NCBI GenBank assembly: GCA_050261495.1
Contig: JBLNDI010000064.1
Span: 1 to 60,653 of the forward strand
Origin: Bacillota bacterium
Lineage (GTDB): Bacteria > Bacillota > Clostridia > Acetivibrionales > DTU013
Length of the DNA stretch: 60,653 bases
Direction: 5' to 3'
In this document: positions 17,233 to 26,643 of the stretch, piece by piece
Layout of the letters: each line of letters opens with the position of its first letter
How positions within the stretch are numbered: the first letter of the stretch is position 1
The notes under the pieces: generated by a model
Seen by the model: the letters and a program-made list of their open reading frames with translations, nothing else
Told to the model about the DNA's origin: nothing
The model's database searches: none
Position numbers and translations under genes: made by a program

Positions 17233-17613
17233 TTACGACACAATTCGTATTTCAATTTCCTTTTTAAGCAGCGGTTTCAGCTTTCTAAGGAACTGGTCCC
17301 CCTCTTTTGACGAGCGGGATTTGCCAAGAATAATGCAGTCGATATTGTTATCGTTTGCGTATTGGGCTATGGCGCCCGGCACATCGTCCGACTTTAGAAC
17401 CGATAAGCTGGCCCCGACGGCTTTTGATATTGCGAAAAGATATTCGAGGGCTTCGGATTCACTGGCGCTTTCCAGGAAATTCAAATTATTCTCGACAACA
17501 TTTATAACGAAGAGATCGCCCTTATACTCGCTAAGCAATTCGTTTGCCGTATTTATCAAGCGTTCGCAGGTTTTCTGCTGCGTAACGCAAACAAGTATGT
17601 TTTTCCTAACCAC
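17233..17613 (-). CDS. Universal stress protein domain protein (KdpD-Usp-like)
   Basis: NILVCVTQQKTCERLI and IILGKSR fit the Usp fold. GTG start at 17613 after AAGAGG. Confidence 0.8.
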   Translation of the reverse strand: MVRKNILVCVTQQKTCERLINTANELLSEYKGDLFVINVVENNLNFLESASESEALEYLFAISKAVGASLSVLKSDDVPGAIAQYANDNNIDCIILGKSRSSKEGDQFLRKLKPLLKKEIEIRIVS

Positions 17614-17873
17614 AAAAAAGCCTCTTTTCAAAGTTTATTTATGCTGCCCGAACATATTATTCATATTTCCTGCAGAAGTGTCAATATCAAGCTCCTATTT
17701 ATTATACCAGACCAAATGGCGAAATTCTTCCCTGTCTTCGAGCCTGACCACACAGATTTAATTGCAATTTCAAAGGGTATATTTTAAATTAAATATAGTG
17801 TATAATATACTGGTATTTAAGACGATGGCGTTAAATGAGACAACAGCTACAATAACAATAGGAGGTTTTAATT

Positions 17874-18086
17874 ATGGCTAAAGTAACAAAGGACATGATA
17901 ATTGCGGATATCTTGAGGCTGGACAGGGGTACTGTTCCGATACTTTTAAAAATAGGCATGCATTGCCTGGGCTGCCCGTCTTCATCAGGTGAGAGCCTGG
18001 AAGATGCGTGCGCTATTCACGGTGTCGATGTCGATAAAATTGTAGATGAATTGAACGAGTACCTTGCTTCAAAGGAAACTAACTAA
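17874..18086 (+). CDS. DUF1858 / hybrid-cluster-associated redox disulfide domain protein
   Basis: GMHCLGCP...ESLEDAC..HG motif; RBS AGGAGG. Confidence 0.9.
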   Translation: MAKVTKDMIIADILRLDRGTVPILLKIGMHCLGCPSSSGESLEDACAIHGVDVDKIVDELNEYLASKETN

Positions 18087-18111
18087 CAGATTGCCATAAT
18101 ATACTATTTTG

Positions 18112-18140
18112 TTGAATTTTCCGGGCAAGCTTGATAAAAT
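18112..18140 (+). promoter_or_regulatory. SigmaA-type promoter of the PilZ gene
   Basis: TTGAAT (18112-18117), 17 nt, then TG-a-TAAAAT (18135-18140). Confidence 0.6.
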
Positions 18141-18209
18141 AATAACAGAGACACAACAGAGAACATAACAGAGAATATAACAATGAATATAACAGTGAAT
18201 ATAACAGAT
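18139..18209 (+). repeat. Six degenerate 11-12 bp tandem repeats (consensus AATATAACAGAG)
   Basis: ataataacagag / acacaacagag / aacataacagag / aatataacaatg / aatataacagtg / aatataacagat. Confidence 0.85.
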
Positions 18210-18245
18210 ACGCTAATGTTACACCTTTAAAATGCAGGAGGAATT

Positions 18246-18851
18246 ATGAGGTTTGGCAGGCACGAGGAAGTATTCCTCAGTGTATACAGTATTGATTATC
18301 TTCTGAAATGCAAGGTGTATGATAACAGCAGCGAAGTAGTAATATTAGCTCCAGTATCTGGCAGAACCGATATGCTCCAGGTACATGACCCGGTGGTTTT
18401 ACTAAGGCACGACACGGATTTGCAAATGATACCCGCGGATGTTGCCGGGATAGACCCGGTAAGCGGCTATGTTTCCTTCAGGATTCGCCTGAAAGAAATA
18501 GAAGAGGAGCGGCGCGTATACGAAAGGTACCCGGTATCACTTGTGGTCAGCGCCCGGAAAAAGTTTTCAAGCAAAAGGATAAACCTGATCGTCAGGAATA
18601 TCAGCCTATACGGAATGGGTGTTGTTTCCGACGTCGATATTGAGGAAGAAGAATTCCTTGATATTGACCTGATAACAGACAAGAACATGTTTTATTTCAA
18701 TAGCCGGGTGGTCTGGAAGAAAAGTCTGGGCCCCGGTTTTGAGTACGGATTGAAGCTTGTAAATTATGACATTGCAACAAAGGCTGCTTTCGAGGAATAT
18801 CTTAAAAGGCTAAATGAAACCTATTTAGGCATGATACCGAAAGCCAGGTGA
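18246..18851 (+). CDS. PilZ-domain (c-di-GMP binding) protein
   Basis: ERRVYER (RxxxR) and NISLYG (D/NxSxxG) motifs; RBS AGGAGG. Confidence 0.85.
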   Translation: MRFGRHEEVFLSVYSIDYLLKCKVYDNSSEVVILAPVSGRTDMLQVHDPVVLLRHDTDLQMIPADVAGIDPVSGYVSFRIRLKEIEEERRVYERYPVSLVVSARKKFSSKRINLIVRNISLYGMGVVSDVDIEEEEFLDIDLITDKNMFYFNSRVVWKKSLGPGFEYGLKLVNYDIATKAAFEEYLKRLNETYLGMIPKAR

Positions 18852-18887
18852 GCAAAAAGGGCGCTTCCGCGCCTTGCATGCCTTATC

Positions 18888-21374
18888 CTATGTATCACGG
18901 CAGAACTCCAGGTTTTCCCTGAGTACGGGATCGAGTTCGCCGCCAGGCTTTATATAATGCCTGTAACGGCTTTCCAGTTCCTTTGCCTGCCTTGATTTCT
19001 GGAATTTTACCATTGCAACCAGGTCTGAATAGACTGTTTGTTTTTCCAGTTGCTCCCTTATTTCTTTCGAGAAGGGGCAATATTTAAAGAAAATGCTCCT
19101 GGCAACCTTGTTCAGGCGCGGATTGCCCTTGGACTCGTTATTTATCCAGCTATCATAATCAGATGTGAATATATCGCGCAGCCTGTTGCGGTGTTTTGCA
19201 CATAATGCCTTGACTTTTTGCTTTGCTTCTTCTGACAGTTCCCTGTTTTTGCGGTAAAACTGTATGTAGTCGGCATACTCGGATGTGAGGGAAGGCTGGG
19301 CAATATTGTTCCAGGCCGCTCCCATCATTGTCCTGCACAGTTCCCACCTGAAATTGCCGACAAGCTTTACGATCATATCGTCAAGGTTTTCATCGGTAAA
19401 AACGGGCATGATGAATCTTCCGGGACTGTTTCTCAGCCTGCCGGAAATCTCCTGCCACATCATTGCCCGTGTCCCGTATATCGGGACGAGTATAATATCA
19501 GGAATAACCTGGACCGATACTATTTCTTTTTCAATTCCCTTTTCGGGATTCCTGTAATGAATTTCCCTGTGGAAGGCCGAATAATCTATTTTCAGCAGAT
19601 TGTCCAGCTTCTCCCGGATTACGGACGGCTTTACGTATGAACGGACCGGATCGTACGGGGCCATATCCTTGTGAAGAATAGGGAAATAATGTGCTATCTG
19701 CCCGTGGCACAGCCTGTGGTTCAAGCGGAACATATTGTTTATCTCAAACGCGAGGCGCCCTTCCTTGTCACTGTTGTATGCAGCCTTGTCATTTTCGGTC
19801 AGTTCGCCCTTCTTTTTCAGCTCGCGGAAAGTGTCATGGTAATCATGCCCGAAGCTGTTTACGGACGGCACTTTTTCCATGTTATATATTTTCTCGAGCC
19901 ATTCGGGCATGTGGCAGATGTTTGAAGACCAAACCGGCTGTTCAGTGCCTGCAAGCCTGTAGATGGCTATTGTCTGCCTGTTGTCAAGTATTTTTTCATC
20001 CATGTAGCCATAGGTCAGAAACATTTTAACAAGCCTGGAATTATCCTTTTGATGATATGCTTTTTTGAATACGGCGGAGTATATTTCAAAATACAATTCC
20101 CATATGGCGCTCCGTATATTTCTGACCGGCTCGCTGGTTGCAAGACGGTCGTTCAGATTCCTGAAGGCAACCAGGTTTGACATGAAACGTGTCGCTTTAT
20201 CTTCGGGGATCTGTGAATATTCAATGATTTTTGCCGCGCTGTTGAGCAATTCTTCAGGAAGCTCCGGAACCATTTCGGCTGTAACGGAAATTGACGCGGC
20301 ATCCGCTTCCCCGGAAAATGATTTCAATGCGGCAATGAAATTGGCATGGACATGCTCCAGGTATTCGAAATCAATGCCGCTGTTGTGCTTGAACTCGAGC
20401 CGCAGATAATCCGATATGCTTCTGAGCTTTTCGATTATATAGGATGCGGCTTCCACCGCCGGGGAAAAATCAAGGCCCGAGGCGCTCATTTGTTTCGCCG
20501 CCTTTACGAAGGCCGTATAGATATTTACGTCATCATTATTCCCGTACATGAGTCCGATAATTTTCTCAAGTTCCAGGAAAACCAGGCGGATTTTCCGCAA
20601 TATTTGCCCGAGACAATCGGAGGCGTCGGTAATGTGGGCTTCAGTAACATAGTGATCCGCCCCGAAAAAAGATTTCTTGAGGTTTATCGGGATACCCAGC
20701 AAATGGTTGTAATACTCAATTTTTTTAAAAATTTCGGACGATTCCGGGAAAATCCCAGTGTCAAGGTCTTGGTTGCCGCTTTCAACAAACTGCCTGCTGA
20801 AATAAGCCGGAACTTCTTCGTTATTTTTTTTCAAGGCTTCCAGGGCGGATCTGCCAACCACGGATATCTCATCCTGGACCGGCGCAAGGTTGAGCTCCTC
20901 CGCAAGCGAGACATATTGAGCGCATAAGTTGCTGCATATGGCCGATACAATGGAAAAATAGGAACTGATTTTTTGCAATGCCTTATATGAATCATTGATA
21001 AGGAAGCATAAAGAATTTACAAAATAAGCTCCGTAATCTTTTTGAGTATTGATAAGGGCCGCCGCCTCGTTTGCATCGCCTGCTGCATACGCGTAAAGGC
21101 TGCAATCTGTAGCCGCCGTGATTGTAAAGCTATTTTTGCCGCTTCCGATGATATCGTTGATACCGATGAAAATGTTTTGCTCGACATCAAACAGCTTGTA
21201 GCTCTTTTGCTCGAGGAAAGCTTCTGTTGCAACCGCTTCGCCGGATGGCGTCAAATACACGCTCTGCTTGCCTTGTAAAAGCAGGTCCAGCGATTCGGTA
21301 TTTTCGCCTTCCAGCAATACATATCCGCCGCCGCCGACGGTGTAGTTTCCGCTTTTGTGTTTTGAAGAGCCCAT
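18888..21374 (-). CDS. Large hypothetical protein with N-terminal cyclic-nucleotide-binding-like domain
   Basis: 828-aa ORF. The N-terminus LEGE...LDLLLQG...FIG...SFTITAATDCSLY fits a degenerate cNMP beta-barrel; the remainder is helical and of unknown function. Confidence 0.65.
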   Translation of the reverse strand: MGSSKHKSGNYTVGGGGYVLLEGENTESLDLLLQGKQSVYLTPSGEAVATEAFLEQKSYKLFDVEQNIFIGINDIIGSGKNSFTITAATDCSLYAYAAGDANEAAALINTQKDYGAYFVNSLCFLINDSYKALQKISSYFSIVSAICSNLCAQYVSLAEELNLAPVQDEISVVGRSALEALKKNNEEVPAYFSRQFVESGNQDLDTGIFPESSEIFKKIEYYNHLLGIPINLKKSFFGADHYVTEAHITDASDCLGQILRKIRLVFLELEKIIGLMYGNNDDVNIYTAFVKAAKQMSASGLDFSPAVEAASYIIEKLRSISDYLRLEFKHNSGIDFEYLEHVHANFIAALKSFSGEADAASISVTAEMVPELPEELLNSAAKIIEYSQIPEDKATRFMSNLVAFRNLNDRLATSEPVRNIRSAIWELYFEIYSAVFKKAYHQKDNSRLVKMFLTYGYMDEKILDNRQTIAIYRLAGTEQPVWSSNICHMPEWLEKIYNMEKVPSVNSFGHDYHDTFRELKKKGELTENDKAAYNSDKEGRLAFEINNMFRLNHRLCHGQIAHYFPILHKDMAPYDPVRSYVKPSVIREKLDNLLKIDYSAFHREIHYRNPEKGIEKEIVSVQVIPDIILVPIYGTRAMMWQEISGRLRNSPGRFIMPVFTDENLDDMIVKLVGNFRWELCRTMMGAAWNNIAQPSLTSEYADYIQFYRKNRELSEEAKQKVKALCAKHRNRLRDIFTSDYDSWINNESKGNPRLNKVARSIFFKYCPFSKEIREQLEKQTVYSDLVAMVKFQKSRQAKELESRYRHYIKPGGELDPVLRENLEFCRDT

Positions 21375-21711
21375 TTTTTGACCGCCCCGTAAATTATTAT
21401 TGTCAAACAGTAAATAAATGCATCCGGATTTCTAATTTTATACAATCACAATTTATTATATATTATAATGCGGAAAATTGGAAAGGGTATATAGGCCTAT
21501 TTCATCATAAAAAGCATCGGTTTGCCGCGGCATGCACGACAGGTTTTAAAGTAAAGGCTGTTTTGCGGCAAATCATTCCTTTATGAAATGACGCGGTTTA
21601 TTGACATATGTTGCGGGATTATTCCAATTATGACAGTTATCAACTGTTAATTATGTGGTCATTATATTATAATAATAGTATATATTATTTCATATAGCAG
21701 GGAGAAGACAA

Positions 21712-23382
21712 ATGGCAGATGCAAAAGACCAGGTCAGGGTTGTTATACATCCGGGCGTTGAAGCCTTCGTGGACAAGGGTACTACTCTGCTCAAGCTGTC
21801 CAGGGACTACCAGGGGCTTCATAGGGAACCTGTTATTGCCGCAAAGGTAGATAATGATATAAAAGAACTGAGCTATGCGATAAATAGGGATTGCAATGTA
21901 AGGTTCATTGACCTGACCGAGGAAGACGGCATGAGGATATACCGGAGAAGCCTTTATTTTATCCTGATAAAGGCGGCTTACGACCTTTTCCCGGACAGGA
22001 GGGTCATTATCAGCCATGCGGTCAGTAAGGGGTTGTTTTGCGAGCTGCGCGGAGACAAGGAGCTTGAACCCGGCGAAGTAGAACGGCTGGAAGAGAGGAT
22101 GAAAGAAATCGTCAGGCAGGCGATTCCTTTTGAAAAGCGGGAAATACCCCGTGAAGAAGCCTTGGAGCTGTTCAAGTCCACCGGCAGGATGGACAGGTAC
22201 CATTCCGTTGAACACAGGAAGAAGAACCTTGTAACTATTTATAACTGCGACGGCTTTGACGATTACTTTTACGGCTACATGGCGCCGGATACGAGCTATA
22301 TCAAGGTTTTCGCCCTTAAATACCATAAGGGCGGATTGATCGTGCGTTTTCCGGACAAATCGTCGCCCGGGACTTTGCCCGATTATGTCGAGCAGGAAAA
22401 GCTTTTCAACATATACCTGGAGTTTAAAAAGTGGGGCAGGATACTGGAAGTGGAAAATGTCGGCGCTCTGAACGGCCTTGTTAAGGAAGGGAAAGCCACC
22501 GAAATCATCAGGATAGCTGAAGCGCTCCATGAAAAAAAGCTTGCCGCCATAGCCGATACAATATCGGGCAGCAATCACAAAAAACGTGTCATCCTGATTT
22601 CCGGGCCGTCGTCGTCAGGCAAAACCACGTTTGCCCAGAGGCTTTCCATCCAGCTTCGCGTGAACGGGCTGAGACCGGTTACGATTTCGCTTGACGACTA
22701 TTTTGTGAACCGGGAGGACACGCCCAGGGATGAATCGGGGGAATACGACTTCGAATCCATCGATGCGATAGATTTGAAGCTCTTCAACAAGCAGTTGAAA
22801 GAGCTCTTGCAGGGCGAGGAAGTGGAGGTCCCGATTTATAACTTTACAACGGGCAGAAGGGAGCCCGTGGGGAAAAAGCTGAGGATCGGCGAGGACGACG
22901 TGATATTGATCGAAGGAATTCATGGGCTGAATGACAAGTTGACGTCGGAGATACCCGCCGAGCAAAAATTCAAGATTTACGTCAGCGCGCTGACGTCCAT
23001 GAACATAGATGACCATAACAGGATTCCCACTACCGACAACAGGATAATCAGGCGCATAGTAAGGGATCACCAGTTCAGGGGAAGCAATGCCTTGAGTACG
23101 ATAAAAAGGTGGCCTTCGGTCAGGCGCGGGGAGGAGAAGTATATATTTCCGTTCCAGGAAAGCGCGGACGTAATGTTCAATTCCGCGCTGGTATATGAGC
23201 TTTGCGTCCTCAAGACGTATGCCGAGCCGCTGCTTTACGAAATCGACAGGAACGCCGAGGAGTACTCGGAAGCCAGGAGGCTGATCGAATTCCTCAGTTA
23301 CTTTCTCCCGGTAGACTGCAGGGATGTGCCTGCAAATTCAATTATCAGGGAATTCATCGGGGGAAGCTGTTTTTATTATTAG
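21712..23382 (+). CDS. Uridine/nucleoside kinase with N-terminal ThrRS-like (TGS/editing) domain
   Basis: AAKVDNDIKEL TGS-like N-terminus, ISGPSSSGKTT P-loop, SLDDYF, IEGIHGLN, RRIVRD and WPSVRRGE motifs. Confidence 0.88.
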   Translation: MADAKDQVRVVIHPGVEAFVDKGTTLLKLSRDYQGLHREPVIAAKVDNDIKELSYAINRDCNVRFIDLTEEDGMRIYRRSLYFILIKAAYDLFPDRRVIISHAVSKGLFCELRGDKELEPGEVERLEERMKEIVRQAIPFEKREIPREEALELFKSTGRMDRYHSVEHRKKNLVTIYNCDGFDDYFYGYMAPDTSYIKVFALKYHKGGLIVRFPDKSSPGTLPDYVEQEKLFNIYLEFKKWGRILEVENVGALNGLVKEGKATEIIRIAEALHEKKLAAIADTISGSNHKKRVILISGPSSSGKTTFAQRLSIQLRVNGLRPVTISLDDYFVNREDTPRDESGEYDFESIDAIDLKLFNKQLKELLQGEEVEVPIYNFTTGRREPVGKKLRIGEDDVILIEGIHGLNDKLTSEIPAEQKFKIYVSALTSMNIDDHNRIPTTDNRIIRRIVRDHQFRGSNALSTIKRWPSVRRGEEKYIFPFQESADVMFNSALVYELCVLKTYAEPLLYEIDRNAEEYSEARRLIEFLSYFLPVDCRDVPANSIIREFIGGSCFYY

Positions 23383-23587
23383 AACATGAGAGGGTCGACG
23401 GACGCGGGCTATAAGTATTTTTTCCGGCAAGCTGTACCGTTTTTCAGTTTTTGTGTAATTTTATCCGCCTGATCTTTTTACTACTTTCAAAGTCGTTTCA
23501 TCATATGTCCTTACCCGCAACTTTCGGCGATTCGGCAATTGCAGCGATGTCTGCCGTAAATCGCGGCAACGCATTCTTGATAACGGC

Positions 23588-23663
23588 GACAAGGACGGGT
23601 GTACAGTGACGTAACCCGATGTAAAATTGTAAGCCGTCTTATCCACCGTCCCCTGTCCTGTAG
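23588..23663. repeat. Second copy of the REP-like repeat
   Basis: CCGTCCCCTGTCCTGTA (23646-23662) matches 2697-2713 at 16/17. A degenerate inverted partner GACAAGGACGG starts at ~23588. Confidence 0.55.
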
Positions 23664-23707
23664 ATATCTTTTGGACATGATTTATATTGATTTTATTTAC
23701 ATTTTGT

Positions 23708-23736
23708 TTGTATATTAATCCCCTAAATGATATACT
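23708..23736 (+). promoter_or_regulatory. SigmaA-type promoter of xylB-xylR(-xylA)
   Basis: TTGTAT, 17 nt, then TG-a-TATACT. Confidence 0.6.
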
Positions 23737-23778
23737 TATTAATGTAATATTAAAAAGTCGCGGATTGGGGGATTGCTT

Positions 23779-25329
23779 ATGGCTTATTTGTTAGGTATTG
23801 ATATTGGCACCTCGGGAACAAAAACAGTTCTTTTTGATGAAAAAGGAAACACGGTCGCAAGCGCGCTGGAAGAATATCCGCTTTATCAGCCAAATATCGG
23901 CTGGGCGGAGCAGGATCCGGAGGACTGGTGGCGGGCGACGGTGGACAGTATCCGCAAAGTGCTGGCAAAGAGCGGAATCAAGCCGGACGACATCAGCGGG
24001 ATCGGGCTGTCCGGGCAGATGCACGGGCTTGTATTGCTCGATGCGGAGGACAAGGTTTTAAGGCGCTCGATCATATGGATGGATCAGCGCACTACTGCCG
24101 AATGCGAGCAGATAACATCGATAATAGGGGCGGAAAGGCTTGTGGAGATTACGGCCAACCCCGCCTTGGTAGGCTTCACCGCTTCCAAGATCATGTGGGT
24201 GAAGAATCATGAGCCGGATATTTTCGAGAAAACAAAGAAAATACTGCTCCCGAAGGACTACATCAGGTTAAAGCTAACAGGGGAATTTGCCACCGAGGTG
24301 TCGGACGCCAGCGGCATGCAGTTGCTGGATGTCCCGCGCAGGTGCTGGAGCGATGAAATGCTGTCAAAACTGGGGATAGACAAGAACCTGGTCGGGAAGG
24401 TCTATGAATCCCAGGAAGTGAGCGGCAAAATATGCGGCAGCGCCGCAGCTGTTACCGGACTGAAGGAAGGAACGCCGGTGGTCGGCGGAGGCGGCGACCA
24501 GGCAGCCGGAGCGGTTGGAAACGGCATAGTCAAACCCGGGCTCATATCCTCGACAATCGGCACCTCAGGCGTTGTTTTCGCATACCTGGACAAGATAAGC
24601 ATCGACCCAAAGGGCAGGACACAGACTTTCTGCCATGCCGTGCCCAACAAGTGGCATGTTATGGGCGTGACACAGGCGGCGGGGTTCTCGCTGAAATGGT
24701 TCAGGGACATACTGTGCAAGGATGAAATTAGCGTAGCCGAGCTTATGGATGTGGATCCGTACATGTTGATGGATCAGGCGGCCGCAAAGGTCCGCCCGGG
24801 CAGCAACGGGCTCATCTACCTGCCGTACCTGATGGGCGAGAGGGCGCCGCACCTGGATTCGGATGCAAGGGGCGTATTTTTCGGACTTTCTCCCGTACAC
24901 GCGAAGAGAGACATGATCAGGTCTGTCATGGAAGGCGTTGTTTACGCTCTGAGGGATTGCCTTGAAATTATAAAAGGATTGGGAGCCGAGATAAACGAAG
25001 TCCGGGCTTCGGGCGGCGGCGGCAAAAGCAGGCTGTGGAAACAGATGCAGGCGGATATTTTCGGAACGCCGATAACAACCATAAATTCAAGCGAGGGTCC
25101 GGCCTTGGGCGTGGCTTTGCTGGCGGGAGTAGGAACGGGTATTTACAAGGATGTGGCGGAAGCTTGTGACACGGCCATAAAAGTGAAAGAAGTCCAGCAG
25201 CCCGACATGGCGCTTAACGAAAAATACATGGAATTCTATAAACTTTATGGGCAGCTTTACAGGTCGCTCAGGAATGATTTTAAAGATCTGGCCGGCATAA
25301 TGGGCAGTGTCTACGGGGATGGCGTATGA
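23779..25329 (+). CDS. xylB: Xylulokinase
   Basis: LGIDIGTSGTK, GLSGQMHG, GGGDQAAG, TIGTSG and PYLMGER FGGY-kinase motifs; clustered with xylA. Confidence 0.95.
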   Translation: MAYLLGIDIGTSGTKTVLFDEKGNTVASALEEYPLYQPNIGWAEQDPEDWWRATVDSIRKVLAKSGIKPDDISGIGLSGQMHGLVLLDAEDKVLRRSIIWMDQRTTAECEQITSIIGAERLVEITANPALVGFTASKIMWVKNHEPDIFEKTKKILLPKDYIRLKLTGEFATEVSDASGMQLLDVPRRCWSDEMLSKLGIDKNLVGKVYESQEVSGKICGSAAAVTGLKEGTPVVGGGGDQAAGAVGNGIVKPGLISSTIGTSGVVFAYLDKISIDPKGRTQTFCHAVPNKWHVMGVTQAAGFSLKWFRDILCKDEISVAELMDVDPYMLMDQAAAKVRPGSNGLIYLPYLMGERAPHLDSDARGVFFGLSPVHAKRDMIRSVMEGVVYALRDCLEIIKGLGAEINEVRASGGGGKSRLWKQMQADIFGTPITTINSSEGPALGVALLAGVGTGIYKDVAEACDTAIKVKEVQQPDMALNEKYMEFYKLYGQLYRSLRNDFKDLAGIMGSVYGDGV

Positions 25330-26525
25330 CAAAAAGCAATACCGGCAACAGTAAATTCCTAAAAGCTTATAACGAGGAAGGCATCCTTGACCTGATAAGG
25401 GTTAAAAAAGCGTTATCGAGGTCGGATCTTTCCAAATTGACGGGATTGTCGCCCACCGCAACAGGCGTTATCGTTTCTTCGCTGATCGATAGAGGATACA
25501 TTTACGAAACAGGCACAGGCGAGTCAAAGGGCGGAAGAAGACCCGTACTCCTGGAACTGAAACCGGATTCGTATTATTCCGTAGGTATTGACATCGAAGT
25601 AGACAATATATTGTTTGTCCTGATGGATATTACGGGCAGGGTGGTACACGAAGGCACGGCGCCAATGGAAGCAAACACTCCGGAAGCGGCAGTCTCGGCC
25701 ATAGCGGGGATTGTATCCGGCATAGCGGAAACACGCTCCATGGATGCGGGGAAATTGCTGGGCGTCGGGATATCGGTACCGGGCCTGGTTGATGTTACGT
25801 CACGCATGGTCATACTTGCGCCGAACCTGGGCTGGAAGGAAGCGGACATCAAAGGTATGCTTGAAAAGCGCCTGGATATTCCGGTCTATATTGAAAACGA
25901 AGCAATGGCATCTGCGATTTGCGAGGACTGGATAGGAGAATGCAGGGACGTAAGCGATTTCGTGTGCGTCAACATTAAATCGGGTATCGGCGCGGGCATA
26001 TTTACGGACGGGAGCCTTTACAGGGGATCGAGCGGCAGTGCCGGTGAAGTCGGGCATATAGTGGTGGATGAAGACGGGCCGAAATGCGGATGCGGCAACC
26101 GCGGCTGCCTTGAGACCTTTGCATCTACCGGGAGGATAGTGGAAAAAGCAAGAAAATTGCTCAAAAGAGGCGCAGTTTCAACCCTGAATGAAACCGGCTG
26201 CGCAGAGGACATAACGTTTGATGATATTGTAAATGCCGCAATGAACGGGGATGCGGTTTCGAAAGGCTTGCTGGATGAAGCTGCGATGTATCTTGGCATT
26301 GCGCTGTCGGGGATTGTAAACATGTTGAATCCTTCAAAAATCGTGCTGGGAAAGGATTTTACCAAGTATGGAGGCATGGTGATGAATATAATCAGGGACG
26401 AGGTGGACCGCCGGGCATTGAAGAAGCCAGCTTCCAACGTGGAAATCATTATGTCCCGGATGGGCGAGAGGTCGTCCACGCTGGGCGCGGCGATCATACC
26501 GCTGAAAATTCTGTTCGGCGGGTAG
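25326..26525 (+). CDS. xylR: ROK family transcriptional repressor (XylR-like)
   Basis: N-terminal HTH (SRSDLSKLTGLS...GGRRP) and ROK motif GEVGHI...CGCGNRGCLE; lies between xylB and xylA. Confidence 0.85.
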   Translation: MTKSNTGNSKFLKAYNEEGILDLIRVKKALSRSDLSKLTGLSPTATGVIVSSLIDRGYIYETGTGESKGGRRPVLLELKPDSYYSVGIDIEVDNILFVLMDITGRVVHEGTAPMEANTPEAAVSAIAGIVSGIAETRSMDAGKLLGVGISVPGLVDVTSRMVILAPNLGWKEADIKGMLEKRLDIPVYIENEAMASAICEDWIGECRDVSDFVCVNIKSGIGAGIFTDGSLYRGSSGSAGEVGHIVVDEDGPKCGCGNRGCLETFASTGRIVEKARKLLKRGAVSTLNETGCAEDITFDDIVNAAMNGDAVSKGLLDEAAMYLGIALSGIVNMLNPSKIVLGKDFTKYGGMVMNIIRDEVDRRALKKPASNVEIIMSRMGERSSTLGAAIIPLKILFGG

Positions 26526-26643
26526 CGCAATGAGAATAACGAATCACGGGTTTTTGCCATGCAATATTTAAAGCGTATACCCCGGCGATTTGGCAAAGGC
26601 CTGAAATAATATCAAATATTATAAATGAATGGAGGTATTCAGT

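Noticed and set aside
18139-18209. CRISPR-like repeat
   Set aside because: Units are 11-12 bp, directly abutting, with no spacers.
21685-22578. Long antisense ORFs (also 37273-38136, 56671-57501 and 58971-59768)
   Set aside because: Shadow frames opposite well-supported genes, with no motifs or RBS.
21712-23382. ThrRS-like domain fused to uridine kinase as a novel fusion
   Set aside because: This is a known, widespread architecture in Clostridia and Bacteroidetes.
23690-23760. XylR operator upstream of xylB
   Set aside because: Only a half-site-like TTTGTTTG is visible and no convincing palindrome, so it is not called.
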